The notes beneath the pieces were generated by a model. It searched no databases. It was not told the DNA's origin and saw nothing but the letters and a program-made list of their open reading frames with translations. 64,000 nucleotides of DNA from an uncultured bacterium (lineage in GTDB: Bacteria > Actinomycetota > Thermoleophilia > Solirubrobacterales > 70-9): contig CAVYXB010000004.1 of the NCBI GenBank assembly GCA_963772345.1, forward strand, positions 88,228 through 152,227, written 5' to 3'. The stretch's first letter is position 1, and each line of letters opens with the position of its first letter. Shown here in pieces: positions 10,775-26,655 of the stretch. A program made the position numbers and the translations under genes.

Positions 10775-10800
10775 GGAACGCCCGTTCGCCCCCGTAGAAT
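10775..10800 (+). promoter_or_regulatory. LexA-type SOS box (GAAC-N4-GTTC) overlapping the -35 region, plus a TAGAAT -10 hexamer, upstream of uvrA
   Basis: gGAACgcccGTTCg sits at 10775-10788 and TAGAAT at 10795-10800, 6 nt before ATG 10807. uvrA is a canonical LexA regulon member in Gram-positive bacteria and Actinobacteria. Confidence 0.55.
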
Positions 10801-10806
10801 CGACGT

Positions 10807-13767
<2,961 letters not shown>

Positions 13768-13927
13768 GCGGCGGTGACGAATGGCCTGTCGGCTACGGTG
13801 CGAGGCCGAGCCGTCGTCGCGAAGCTCACGAGGCGATCCCGCGCGCGATGACCACCCGTGCAGTCGTTATCGTGCGCGACATGCTGCAGGCTCGGCGCTG
13901 GATCCCTCTCCGCCTCCGTTGACAAGA

Positions 13928-14933
13928 GTGTTCAGCGGCCAGCTGATCGGCGTCGACGTGGGGGGGACGAAGGTCGCCGTCGCCACGCTGGAGAACGAGC
14001 GCCTGAGCGAGCCGGTGCTCCGGCCGACTCAGGCTGAGAGCGCGGAGGACCTGCTCGGCGAGGTGGTCGCCGCGATCGATTCCGCGCGGGGCCCCAGCAC
14101 CGTCGGCGTCGGGATCGGCGTGCCGTCGGTGGTCGAGTTCGCGACCGGTCGCGTCCGCTCGAGCATCAATCTCCACCTCGCGGACCTGGACCTTCGCCGA
14201 GTGCTCGATGAGCGGCTCGGACTGCCGGTCTTCGTGGACAACGACGCCACCGTGGCGGCGCTGGACGAGGCCTTCGACGACGCTGGCAGGGCGCTGGTGC
14301 AGAACCTGGTCATGCTCACGGTCGGCACCGGCATCGGCGGCGGGCTGGTCCTCGGGGGACGGGTCTACCGGGGCGCGACCGGCGCGGCGGGAGAGCTCGG
14401 CCACACGCTGATCGGGGCCGACCTCGCCGACGGGCGCTCCGCAGCCAGGTCGCTTTCCCCAGCCCGGATCGCTCGAGTCGCTCGCCGCCGGGCGCGAGCT
14501 GGACCGGCTCGCGGCCAAGCTGGCGGCTGACAATGCTTCCTCGCGGCTCGGCAAGCGCGCGGCCTCCGGCGACTCGATCGACGGACACGATGCGGTCGAG
14601 GCGGCCAAGGCCGGCGATCCCGAGTCGATCCACCTCTTGCGCGTGCTCGGCGAACGCCTCGGCGTCGGGATCGCGAACGCGATCAATACCTTCGACCCGG
14701 ATGTCGTCGCGATCGGGGGCGGCGTCTCGACCGCGGGGGACCTGCTGCTCGGGCCTGCGACCGAGGCGGCTCGCCGCTACATCCTTCCCGGCGTCGGCGA
14801 GCGCACCGAGATCAGGCTCGCCCGCCACGGCGAGGAGGCCGGGGTGCGGGGGGCGGCGCTGCTCGCCCGGCTCGAGCTCGAGGAGTCGGAGGCGGTTCCC
14901 GCAGCCACTGGTCCCGGCGCGGAGCCGGCATGA
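13928..14933 (+). CDS. ROK-family sugar kinase (one frame break ~14440-14470)
   Basis: GTG 13928 leads into IGVDVGGTKVAVA (ATP-binding), VDNDATVAAL, GTGIGGGLVLGG and GELGH. The gene continues in the frame of ORF 14637..14933 (DPDVVAIGGGVS). It lacks the CxCGxxGC zinc motif. Its stop overlaps the zwf ATG (ATGA). Confidence 0.8.
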
Positions 14934-16452
14934 ACGCCGAGCCGGCGGCGAACCCCTTCGCGCAGGACGTCGCGGAGCCCCTTCCCGGGCCGACGACGCT
15001 GGTGATCTTCGGCGCGACCGGGGACCTGGCCGCGAGAAAGCTTCTTCCGGCGATCTACAACCTCGGGCTCGGCGGGTTGCTGCCGGAGCGCTTCGAGGTG
15101 ATCGGGATCGGCAGGCGGGCGGCAGACAGCGAGGCGTTCCGCCGCCATGCCCGCGAGGCGATCGCGGCGCACTCGCGGACCGGGATCGAGGAGGACGCCT
15201 GGCGGGCGCTCGAGCCGAGGCTCGACTTCCTGCACGGGGACTTCGACGACCCCGAGCTGTTCGAGGCCCTCAGGTCCAGGATCGAGGAGAAGGACGGCGA
15301 TCAGCCGGCGCAGCGGGTGTTCTACCTCGCGGTTTCGGCCAGCTTCTTCGGCGCGATCGCCAAGGCGCTCGCGGCTGCCGGGCTGGGCGCCGGCGCCGAC
15401 CCTCCGACCCGGCTCATGATCGAGAAGCCGTTCGGGCGCGACCTGGCCTCGGCGCGGGCGCTGGCCGCTGACATCTCGTCCGCCTTCGACGAGTCGCAGG
15501 TATTTCGCATCGACCACTACCTGGGCAAGGAGACGGTCCAGAACCTCCAGGTGCTGCGCTTCGCGAACGGGATCCTGGAGCCCATCTGGAACCGCCGCTA
15601 CGTCGAGCACGTCCAGATCACCATGGCCGAGGACATCGGCATCGGCCACCGGGCCGGCTACTACGACTCGGCCGGCGCGATCCGGGACGTGATCCAGAAC
15701 CATTTGATGCAGCTGCTCGCTCTCGTGGCGATGGAGGCGCCGGTCCGCTTCGACGCCGACACGATCCGGGACGAGAAGGTGAAGCTCCTGCGGTCCGTGC
15801 GCCGCTACCGCCCGGACGAGGTCTCCGACTACGCGGTCCGAGGCCAGTACGGCGCCGGCTGGATCGGCGGGGAGGAGGTCCCCGCCTACGTGGACGAGGA
15901 GGGCGTGCCGGACGACTCGCGCACCGAGACCTACGTCGCGATGCGGGTGGAGATCGACAACTGGCGCTGGGCGGGGACCCCGTTCTACCTGCGCACCGGC
16001 AAGCGGCTGCCCCGCCGGGTGACCGAGATCGCGGTGCGCTTTCGCCCCGTGCCGCATCTGCCGTTCGCGCGCTCGGACATCGCCGACGCCGAGCCGAACG
16101 AGATGGTGCTCTCGGTTCAGCCCGACGAGGGCGTTTCCCTGCGGCTGGTCGCCAAGGTCCCCGGCCAGACGATGAGCGTCAGGCCCGTGCTGATGGAGTT
16201 CAAGTACGGCGACCTCGTTCCTGGGCGACTCCCCCGAGGCCTATGAGCGACTGCTCCACGACGCCCTGCTTGGGGACGCGACGCTGTTCACGCGGGCGGA
16301 TGAGGTGGAGGAGGAGTGGAAGCTCGTCGACCCGATCCTGGAGGCCTGGAAGGACGCGCCGGCCCCGCCGACCTACGAGGCCGGCAGCCAGGGCCCGGCC
16401 GCGGCGGACGAGCTGCTGGCGGTTCGCGGGAGGAAGCTGGAGGCAGATTTGA
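14930..16452 (+). CDS. zwf: Glucose-6-phosphate dehydrogenase (copy 1, OpcA-associated; 2 frame breaks in the last ~250 nt)
   Basis: ORF 14930..16246 carries GATGDLA, EKPFGRD and RIDHYLGKE. The C-terminus ([26 protein letters not shown]...) lies in another frame. The most plausible end is ...GRKWRQI* at 16452, with 16481 as the alternative. Confidence 0.9.
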
Positions 16453-16500
16453 GCGCGAGCGCGCGGCGACCCGGATCGTGACCGCTGGCGCGGCGAGGGC

Positions 16501-17485
16501 GTGCGCGTGGAGCACGTGGTCGAGGAGCTCGACCGGCTTCACCGCGCCCACACGCGCCGCGGCCGTGGGCACGCGCTGACGCGAACCCTGAACCTGGTCG
16601 TTGCGCCGGGTTCAGCGGGCGCGGACGAGTCGGTCGAGGCGGCGGTCGGCCGTCTCGGGGCCCACAGCCCGTCGCGGACTCTCATCCTTCAGCGCCACGA
16701 CGCCGACCGCCTGGACGCGGAGGCGCGAATCGAATGCGAGCTCCGGGACGCCGCCGGACGCGTCGGCTTCTGCCACGACCAGGTGACCCTGACGGCCGAC
16801 GAGTCTCGGCTCGGGCACGCGGCTTCGCTGCTCGCGCCGCTGCTCCTGTCGGACCTCCCCACGGTCCTGTGGCTTCCCGATCCGGCCGCACCGCCGTCCG
16901 ATCCGCTGCTGCTCGACCGCGCCCAGCAGGTCCTGGTCGATTCGACGCGGGACGCGGCCTCGCTGCGAAGGCTGGCATCGCTCACCGGAAGCGTTCGCGT
17001 GCACGACCTGACCTGGGGACGGCTCGAGTTCTGGCGCGCCGCGACGGCCGCGGCCTTCGATCCTCCCGAGCGGCGGGAGCTGCTGCCGAGGGTCACCCAC
17101 TTCGAGGTCCGCTACGAGGGCGACGCGCTCGACGCCGGCGCTCCTGCTCGCCGGGTGGATAACGGCGCGAGCCGGGTGGCGCCCGGAGAGGATCGAGCTC
17201 GACGGCGGACGCGCTCGCGGAAGCGTCGCGAGGCCCGACGGGGGTGCGGTGGCCCTGTCGCTCGAGCGCGATCCCGACGCACGCGGCTGCGGAGGCGTCG
17301 AGACGCTGACGCTGCGGGCCGGCTCGGAGGCGGTGGAGCTCCGCCGCGGCGCGGCCACGAACCGGCTGCGCGACCTCTTCGCGGAGGCGCTGCAGCCGCT
17401 TGCCTCCTTCGCACGCGGCTACGCGGACGCGCTCAGGTCCGCGGCGGCGATGCTGGGCGGCGAGCCGAGCTCGTCGCGCGCCTAG
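16501..17485 (+). CDS. opcA: Glucose-6-phosphate dehydrogenase assembly protein OpcA (one frame break ~17140-17160; start may lie upstream)
   Basis: It lies immediately after zwf. The protein reads VEHVVEELDRLH...RTLNLVV...LPTVLWLPD...VRVHDLTWGRLEFWR and continues in ORF 17249..17485. The frame is open back to 16453 with no canonical start before GTG 16501. Confidence 0.75.
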
Positions 17486-17525
17486 CGGAGCCGCTGTCCG
17501 AGCTCAGCCCGAGGCGCGAGGGCGA

Positions 17526-18583
17526 TCACTCGACGGCTTGCCGTCGCCACCGGCCGAGCCGGCTCGATCCTTCGAGCGGGACCGGGATCGGCGCGGCTTG
17601 CTCTTGGACGCCTTCTCGCTGTTCGGCGCTCAGCAGGGCGGCGCCGATCGCCCCGCCGAGGTCGCCGAGCCCCGCGACGTGGAGCGCGGGCGGGTGGTCG
17701 TCGGTGAACAGATGGGGCGCCATGGCCTCGCGGATCCGCTTGACGAAGGGCTCTCCGAACCGGCTCCCCAGCCCGCCGCCGATGATCACGGCCTCGACGT
17801 CGATCAGGTTGACCGCGGAGGCAATCCCGGCGCCGAGCGCCGCCACCGCGCGGTCGATCAGCTTCTCGGCGAGAGGGTCCTTGGCCTTCAGCGCCCGCTC
17901 CCAGATGCCGCTGGTCAGACGGTCGTGCCCGTGCTTCTTCATGATCTTGAAGAGGTCGGTGTGCTTGCCGGCCTCGTGCTCCTCGCGGGCCTTGATCTCC
18001 ATCGCGGCTCGCCCCGCATAGGCCTCGAGGCAGCCGCGTCGCCCGCAGGTGCACCGCGCCCCGTCTTGCTTCACGACCATGTGGCCGATCTCGCCGGCTG
18101 CTCCGCGGCCCAGCCACGGCTCGCCGTTGAGGATGATCCCGCCGCCCACGCCCGTTCCCCAGAAGACTCCGAGCAGGGACTTGTAGTGGCGTCCGGCGCC
18201 GAGCCGGGCCTCCGCGTTGGTGGCCACCTGGACGTCGTTGCCGACCGCGATCGGAGTGCCAGCGACTTCGCGAGCCACTTGCCGAGCTGGAACGTGCCGT
18301 CCCAGCCCGGCAGGTTCCGGGCCTGGGACACCGCGCCGGTGGCCTCGTTGACGTCCCCGGGAGAGCCGACCCCGCCGCCGGCGAGCTCGGACGGGCGCAC
18401 TCCGGCCTCGAGCGCAGCCTCGCGAAGCGCCTCGGCCATCTGCTCGGCGACGTCTCCTGGGCCGCCCTCGGTCGGGGTGGGGCGTCGGGACTGACCCAGG
18501 ACATTCCATCTGCCGTCCACGACGACCGCCTGGATCTTGGTGCCGCCTAGGTCGATGCCTCCGCGGGCGACCATGGCGCTCAT
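17526..18583 (-). CDS. glk: ROK-family glucokinase (one frame break ~18250-18290)
   Basis: ORF 18071..18583 (GIDLGGTKIQAVVVD) joins ORF 17526..18509 (GNDVQVA, GTGVGGGII, GEIGHMVV, ROK zinc motif CTCGRRGCLEAY). It is the last gene of the minus-strand tkt operon and has an AAGGGG RBS. Confidence 0.8.
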
Positions 18584-18604
18584 GCTAACCCCTTGGTGTC
18601 GGCG

Positions 18605-20230
<1,626 letters not shown>

Positions 20231-20234
<4 letters not shown>

Positions 20235-21619
20235 GCGGTTCCGGTCGGAGCGTGCCACCGGTATCGGCGCCGTCGATCAGCTCCGTCGGCCTCGGCCGGC
20301 CCCCAGGTTCCCGGCTCGTACGGGTGCACCGGGGTGGCGTCGTCGAGGATCGGGTCGACGACCTTCCAGGCGGCCTGCACGCCGTCCTCGCGGGCGAAGA
20401 AGGTCGGGTCGCCGCGCATCGCGTCGCCGAGCAGCCGCTCGTAGGGAGGCATCTCGTCCGGGCGGTGGTGGTGCGCGAGCAGCTCGACGTCCTCGCCGAC
20501 GAGCTCCTCGCCGGGGACCTTGGCCCGGGCGCGCATGGCGATCACGACCTCTGGGCTGAGCGCGAAGCGGACCGCGTTGGGGTCGCCCGGCTGGGGCTCG
20601 TCGAACACGATCTGCGGTGGCCGGCGGAACTCGACCAGGACCTCCGTCGCCGTGACCGGCAGGCACTTGCCGGCACGGATCACGAAGGGGACGCCGGACC
20701 AACGCCAGCTGTCCACGTGGAGCCTGACCGCGGCGAAGGTCTCGACGGTCGAGTTCTTGCGCCACGCCGTCCTCGTCGCGGTAGCCCTTGAACTGCCCCC
20801 GCACGATCTGCTTCGGCGTGAGCGGCTTGATCGACTTGAGCAGTCGCGACTTCTCGTCCCGAAGGGCCTCCGGGTCCATGCTCGGCCGGCGCGTCCATCG
20901 TCAGGATGGCGAGCACCTGGAGCATGTGGTTCTGGATCACGTCGCGAATCGCTCCGGCCTCCTCGTAGAAGCGCCCGCGCCCGGCGACGCCGAAGCTCTC
21001 CGCCATCGTGATCTGGACCCGGCGAACGTGCTCTCGGTTCCAGACCGGCTCCAAGAAGGAGTTGGCGAACCTGAAGTAGAGGAGGTTCTCGACCGCCTCC
21101 TTGCCGAGGTAGTGGTCGATCCGGAAGATCGAGCGCTCGGGAAAGACCTCGCCGAGCGTGCGGTTGAGCGCCATCGCGGACTCGAGGTTGTGGCCGAAGG
21201 GCTTCTCGACCATGACCTTTGCGCCATCGGCGGACCCCGACCGCGCGAGCTCGGAGACCACGGTCCCGAACAGGCTCGGCGGGATCGCCAGGTAGTGGAC
21301 CGGATGGGCGGCGCTGCCGAGCTCCTTGCGAAGGGCGTCGAAGGTGCGCCGGGTCCTCGTAGTCGCCGTCGATGTAGCCGAGCAGCGAGGTCAGCTTGTC
21401 GAACGCCTGCTGGTCGACGCCTCCGTGTTCGGAGAGGCTGTCGTGCGCGCGCTTCTTCAGGTCGTCCAGGCCCCAGCCCGACTTCGCCACGCCGATGATC
21501 GGCATGTCCAGGTGTCCGCGGCGGATCATCGACTGAAGCGCGGGGAAGATCTGCTTGTAGGCGAGATCACCCGTCGCCCCGAAGAACACGAGGGCGTCCG
21601 CTGCGTCGCTTCGCGCCAT
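20231..21619 (-). CDS. zwf: Glucose-6-phosphate dehydrogenase (copy 2, inside the tkt operon; reading frame broken at least 3 times)
   Basis: Recognisable pieces are [58 protein letters not shown] and the C-terminus [20 protein letters not shown]...[13 protein letters not shown]. They are spread over ORFs 20231..21961, 20680..21261 and 20277..20879. Confidence 0.9.
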
Positions 21620-22345
21620 CACGCCCGGGCCTGCGCCGGCAGATCCTGCGCGGCCGCTCGGTCGAGGATCAGCTCGATCGGCCCGTCGGCGAGCAGGCTG
21701 GCGGGCACGTGTGGGTCGGGCCCGTCGAGCACCCTCGCCACCGGACGTGCCTTCTCCGCGCCGTCGGCGAGGATCGCGCCCGCGCGGGCCGCCCGCAGCA
21801 CGTCGAGCGTCAGGCTGACGCGGTCGGGGGGAGGCTTGGGCGCGTCGTGGACGGGGACGCACACCTCGCCCCGGGCGTCGAGGGTCGGCGCATCCGGGAA
21901 CAGCGACGCCGTATGGCCGTCCTCGCCGAGCCCCAAGAGCGCGAAGTCGAGGCGCAGGCATGCCGTCCGGGCCGGCGGGAACGCGCTCGCGAAGCTCGCT
22001 CCCATAAGCGGCGGCGGCCTGCTCGGCCGAGCCCCCGGTGGGGACCGGGTGGGCGACGGCCCCGGTGCGATCCAGCAGGCTCTCGAGTCAGCATCCGGAT
22101 AGTTCGACTCCGGGATCGTCCGCGGGTACGAGGCGCTCGTCCCCGAGCCAGAGCTCGACTCCCGTCCCAGTCGTCGACCAGGCTGGCGAGGCGCTCGTAG
22201 GCGCGCGCGGGGCGTCCTGCCCCCGGCGAGCGAGAGGTGCACGGGCGTCCCTCGCGCCGGCCGGCGCTGATCGCGTCGGCGACCCGCTCGGGCGGCGACG
22301 TCGGCCGCCTCCGCCGCCGTGCTCGGTGACCGTGAGGCGGGCCAT
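21619..22345 (-). CDS. pgl: 6-phosphogluconolactonase (reading frame broken at least 2 times)
   Basis: Recognisable pieces are MARLTVTEH..., HLSLAGGRTP, VELWLGDERLVPADDP and FALLGLGEDGHTASLFP. The stop TGA overlaps the zwf2 ATG by 1 nt at 21619. Confidence 0.85.
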
Positions 22346-22349
22346 CGAG

Positions 22350-23375
22350 CTACTGCGCGGCCTTCTCGGCGTGGCCGCCGAACTGCTTGCGCATCGCCGA
22401 CAGCACCTTGTCCGCGAAGTCGTCGAGGCCCGCGTGAGGCGAACCGCGAGTAGAGCGCCGAGCTCAGCACCGGCGCGGGGACGCCCTCCTCGATCGCGGC
22501 GATCGACGTCCAGCGGCCCTCGCCCGAGTCCGAGACCCGTCCGGCGTAGTCGGCGAGCTCAGGGGACTCCTGCAGCGCCTCGGCGGTCAGGTCCAGCAGC
22601 CAGGAGCCGATCACGCTGCCCGCGTCGCCACACCTCGGCCACCTCGGGGAGGTCGAGGTCGTATTGGTAGTACTCCGGGATGCTCCAGCGGAGCGGTCTC
22701 GGCGTCCACCTCGCGCTGGGCCTTGCCCGCATTGGCGTTGCGCAGGATGTTGAGGCCCTCGGCGTACGCGGCCATCACCCCGTACTCGATCCCGTTGTGG
22801 ACCATCTTCACGAAGTGGCCCGCGCCGCTCGGCCCGCAGTGGAGGTAGCCCTGCTCCGCGGGCGCTCGGCTCGCCGTCGCGGCCCGGGCGTGCGCGGCGG
22901 CGGAGTCGACGCCCGGGCGCCAGCGAGGCGAAGATCGGGTCCAGCCGTCCGACCGCCTCGTCGGGCCCGCCGATCATCAGGCAGTAGCCGCGATCGAGCC
23001 CCCAGACGCCGCCGCTGGTCCCGGTGTCGACGTAGTCGAGCGCCGTGCTCGGCCAGCCGCGCGGCGCGCCGGATGTCGTCCCGGTAGTAGGAGTTTCCGC
23101 CGTCGATCACGGCGTCGCCCTACTCGAGCGGCCGGGACGAGGTCGTCGAGCGTCTTGTCGACGACGGCCGGCGGGCACCATCAGCCACACCGACCGGGGG
23201 GCGTCGAGCTTGCCGCCAGGTCCTCGATCGAGTCGGCGCCCACGGCGCCCTCGCCGGCCAGCTCGCTCACGGCGTCGGAGTCGAGGTCGAAGACGACGCA
23301 CTCGTGGTCGTCGCGAAGCAGGCGGCGCACCATGTTGGCGCCCATGCGACCCAGTCCGATCATTCCGAGTTGCAT
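22350..23375 (-). CDS. gnd: 6-phosphogluconate dehydrogenase, decarboxylating, short (~340 aa) type (reading frame broken at least 4 times)
   Basis: Recognisable pieces are [56 protein letters not shown] and EGRWT. A GAAAGGAG RBS lies 8 nt upstream of ATG 23375. The gene ends ...EKAAQ* at 22350. Confidence 0.88.
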
Positions 23376-23433
23376 TGCAGGGGCTCCTTTCGTGGGGTTG
23401 GGCGGCGGGCTCGCGAGCGGATCTCGCCCAGGG

Positions 23434-24521
23434 TCATCCGGTTGCGGCGAGCTTGCGGCTCTTCTCGTCGATCGACTGCAGCAGCTCCTTCCAGGACCCG
23501 TCGAACGCCTCAGCGCCCTCGCGCTGAAGGCGTGCGCCCAGCTCGGCGACATCGACGCCCGCGGCCTCGAACTCGTCGAGCACGCTGCTGGGCGTCGCCC
23601 CCGTCGGCGGGCAGCGGGTCGGCGACCTCGCCGTGGTCGGCGAACGCGAGCAGCGTCTTGTCGGGCATCGTGTTGATCGGTGAGCGGGGCCGCGAGCGCG
23701 TCGACGTAGAGGGCGTCGGAGGCGTCGGGGTCCTTGGTGCCGGTGCTCGCGAAGAGCAGCCTCTGGGGCCGGGCGCCCTCGTTGGCCAGGCGCTGCCAGC
23801 GCTCGGAGTCGAGCAGCTCGCGATAGGCGCGATAGGCGTCGCGTGGCGACCGCGATTCCGAGCCGGTTGCGGAGCTCCGAGGGCACCTGGTCGGCGACCG
23901 CCACGTCCCAGCGGCTGACGAAGATCGAGGCCACCGACGGGACCATGGGATCGAGCCCGGCCTCGATGCGGCGCTCCAGTCCGCGCATGAAGGCCTCGGC
24001 GGCGCCGAGGTAGTGCTCGGTCGAGAAGAGGAGGGTGACGTTGACCGGGGTGCCGGCGAAGATCGACTCCTCGATCGCCTCGCGTCCGGCGGCGGTGCCG
24101 GGGATCTTGATGAAGACGTTGCCGTCGGCCCGCCGCATGAAGCTCGGCGACCTGCGCGATGGTCGCCTTCGCGTCGTCGGCCAGCAGCGGGGAGACCTCG
24201 AGCGAGACCCAGCCGTCGACGCCGTCCGTGCGCTCGTTGATCGGCTCGAACATTCGCGCCGCATCGCGGAGGTCCGCGATCGCGAGCTCGAAGAACGTCT
24301 GCTCCGGCTCGAGGCCCTTCCTCGTGGAGCTCGATGATGTGCTCGTCGTAGGTGGCACTTCCGCTGATCGCCTTGTCGAAGATCGTCGGATTCGAGGTGA
24401 GCCCCGTGATCGAGAGCTCGTCGATATAGCGGCGGAGCGTGCCGTCGCCGAGCATGTCGCGGGTGATGTTGTCGAGCCAGAGGCTCTGGCCCAGCTCGTG
24501 CAGTTGCTGAGTCGGCTTCAT
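23434..24521 (-). CDS. tal: Transaldolase (reading frame broken at least 4 times)
   Basis: Recognisable pieces are [47 protein letters not shown] (catalytic Lys) and NVTLLFS, ending ...[12 protein letters not shown]. An AAGGGAG RBS precedes ATG 24521. Confidence 0.9.
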
Positions 24522-24540
24522 CGTCTCGCTCCCTTGACGA

Positions 24541-26595
24541 TCATCCGAGCAGCTCCCGCGCCGCCTCCGCCACGCGCTCCGGCGTGAAGCCGAACTTGCG
24601 CTGCACCTCCTTCAGGGGTGCCGACGCGCCGAAGGTGTGCATGCCGACGATCCGCCCGCGCGGGCCGACGTAGCGGTCCCAGCCGAGGGTGGAGGCCTGC
24701 TCCACCGCGACCCTCGCCTGGACGTCGTCCGGCAGGACCTCCTCCCGATACTCGTCGGGCTGGAGGTCGAACAGGTACCACGAGGGCAGGCTGACGACGC
24801 GCGCCTTCACTCCCTCCGAGCTCAGCTCCTCGTAGGCGTCGACGGCGAGCGACACCTCGCTGCCGGTCCGATCAGGATCACCTCCGGCTGGCCGTCGCAG
24901 TCGGCGAGCACGTAGCCGCCGCGCTCGAGCCCCTCGGCCGGACGCATATCGGGATCGGTCGAGGACGGGAACGTTCTGGCGGGTCAGGACGAGGGCGCTT
25001 GGCTGATGCTTCTGACGCATCATCACCCGCCAGGCCTCGGCGACCTCGTTGGCGTCGCAGGGGCGGATCACGTTCAGGCCGGGCATCGCCCGCAGGGAGG
25101 CGAGCTGCTCGACCGGCTGGTGCGTCGGGCCGTCCTCGCCGAGGCCGATCGAGTCGTGGGTGAACCAGTGGATCACCGGCAGCTCCATCAGGGCGGAGAG
25201 GCGGATCGCCGGCCGGGCGTAGTCGGAGAAGATCAGATAGGTCGACCACACGGGGCGGAGCTTCGAGAGCGCGAGGCCGTTCGAGATCGCCGCGGACTCG
25301 TGCTCGCGGATCCCGAGGTGGAGCTGGCGCCCTTCGCCGGTTGGAAGGCTCGAATGACTCGTCCCCGTCGCCGCTCGAGGCCGACCGAGGTGGAGCCGGT
25401 GAGGTCCGCCGACCCGACGAGGAGCCACGGCACCCGGGAGCGCGATCGCGTTCAGCACCTGGTTGGATGCCTTGCGGGTGGCGATCGCCGTCGGCGTCCG
25501 CGTCGAAGCTCGGGATCTCGGCGTCCCAGCCGTCCGGCAGCTCGCGGCGCTGCATCTGGTCGATCTCGGCCGCGCGGTCCGCGCCGCCGTCCGCAACGCG
25601 CTGCTCCCAGTCGGCTCGCAGGCGGCGACCACGCTCCCCGACCCCGGCGGCGAAGTGCTCATAGACGCCGTCCGGGATCAGGAACTGGGCATCCTCAGGC
25701 CAGCCGTAGGCGCGCTTGGTCTCCCGCACCTCCTCCTCGCCCAGCGGCTCCCCGTGAGCCTCGGCCGTGTCCTGCTTGTGGGGCGATCCGTAGCCGATGT
25801 GGCTGTCGACGATGATCAGCGTGGGCCGGTCCTTCTCCTCCTTGAACTCCTCGAACGCTCGGGTGAGCAGCTCGAGGTCGTTTGCGTCGCCCACCCTGGT
25901 GACGTTCCAGCGGTAGCCCATGAATCGGGTGGCGACGTCGTCGCTGTAGGTGATCTCGGTCTGGCCGTCGATCGAGATGTGGTTGTTGTCGTAGATCCAG
26001 CAGAGGTTGGCGAGGCGCTCGATGGCCGGCGACGGACGCCGGCCTCGCTCGAGACGCCCTCCATCAGGTCGCCGTCGCCGCAGATCGCGTAGACGTCGAA
26101 GTCGAAGAGCTCCTCGCCGAAGCGCGCTCTCAACCACTGTCCCGCGATCGCCATGCCCACGCTGGTCGCGATTCCCTGGCCGAGGGGGCCGGTCGTCGTC
26201 TCGACCCCGGAGGTCAGGTGGTACTCGGGGTGGCCGGCGGCGTGCGAGTCGAGCTGGCGAAACGACTTGATGTCGTCCAGGCTGACCGAGGGCTCTCCGA
26301 GCGTCTCGTATTCGGGATCGAGGGCCTGCACGTTCGTCAGGTGAAGCAGCGAGTACAGGAGCATCGAGGCGTGCCCTGCCGAGAGGACGAAGCGGTCCCT
26401 GTTGGGCCAGATCGGATCAGCGGGATCGAAACGCAGGAAGCGCTGCCACAGGGTGTACGCGACGGGGGCCATCGCCATCGGCGTTCCGGGGTGGCCGGAG
26501 TTGGCCTTCTGGATGGCGTCGATCGAGAGGGTTCGGATCGTGTTGATGCACAGCGTGTCGATGTCGGTGGCCGTTGGCTGTGCGATCGTCGCCAT
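24541..26595 (-). CDS. tkt: Transketolase (reading frame broken at least 2 times)
   Basis: The N-terminus is in ORF 25816..26898 (MATIAQPT..., [29 protein letters not shown]). The middle is in 24878..26137. The C-terminus is in 24541..25662 ([21 protein letters not shown]). TAGGAT lies 8 nt upstream of ATG 26595. Confidence 0.93.
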
Positions 26596-26603
26596 CTCGG
26601 GCG

Positions 26604-26648
26604 ATCCTAGTAAACGGGCAGCGGGGAGTCTGGGCGAGCGCGTAGATT
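26604..26648. promoter_or_regulatory. Back-to-back -10-like hexamers of the divergent tkt and rpiA transcription units (leaderless-type geometry)
   Basis: On the minus strand, TAGGAT (26604-26609) lies 8 nt before the tkt ATG. On the plus strand, TAGATT (26643-26648) lies 7 nt before rpiA GTG 26656. Neither gene has a Shine-Dalgarno sequence. Confidence 0.4.
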
Positions 26649-26655
26649 CCCGGCC

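Noticed and set aside
14777-16057. 426-aa minus-strand ORF opposite zwf. The same pattern is seen at 18821..19954(+) opposite pgi, 31980..33449(+) opposite panB/panC, 34112..35590(-) opposite udg/tsaE, 57076..58131(-) opposite chrA and 58939..60552(-) opposite the oxygenase.
   Set aside because: All are low-complexity Arg/Pro/Gly-rich translations with no family signature. Each is fully overlapped by a well-supported conserved gene on the other strand.
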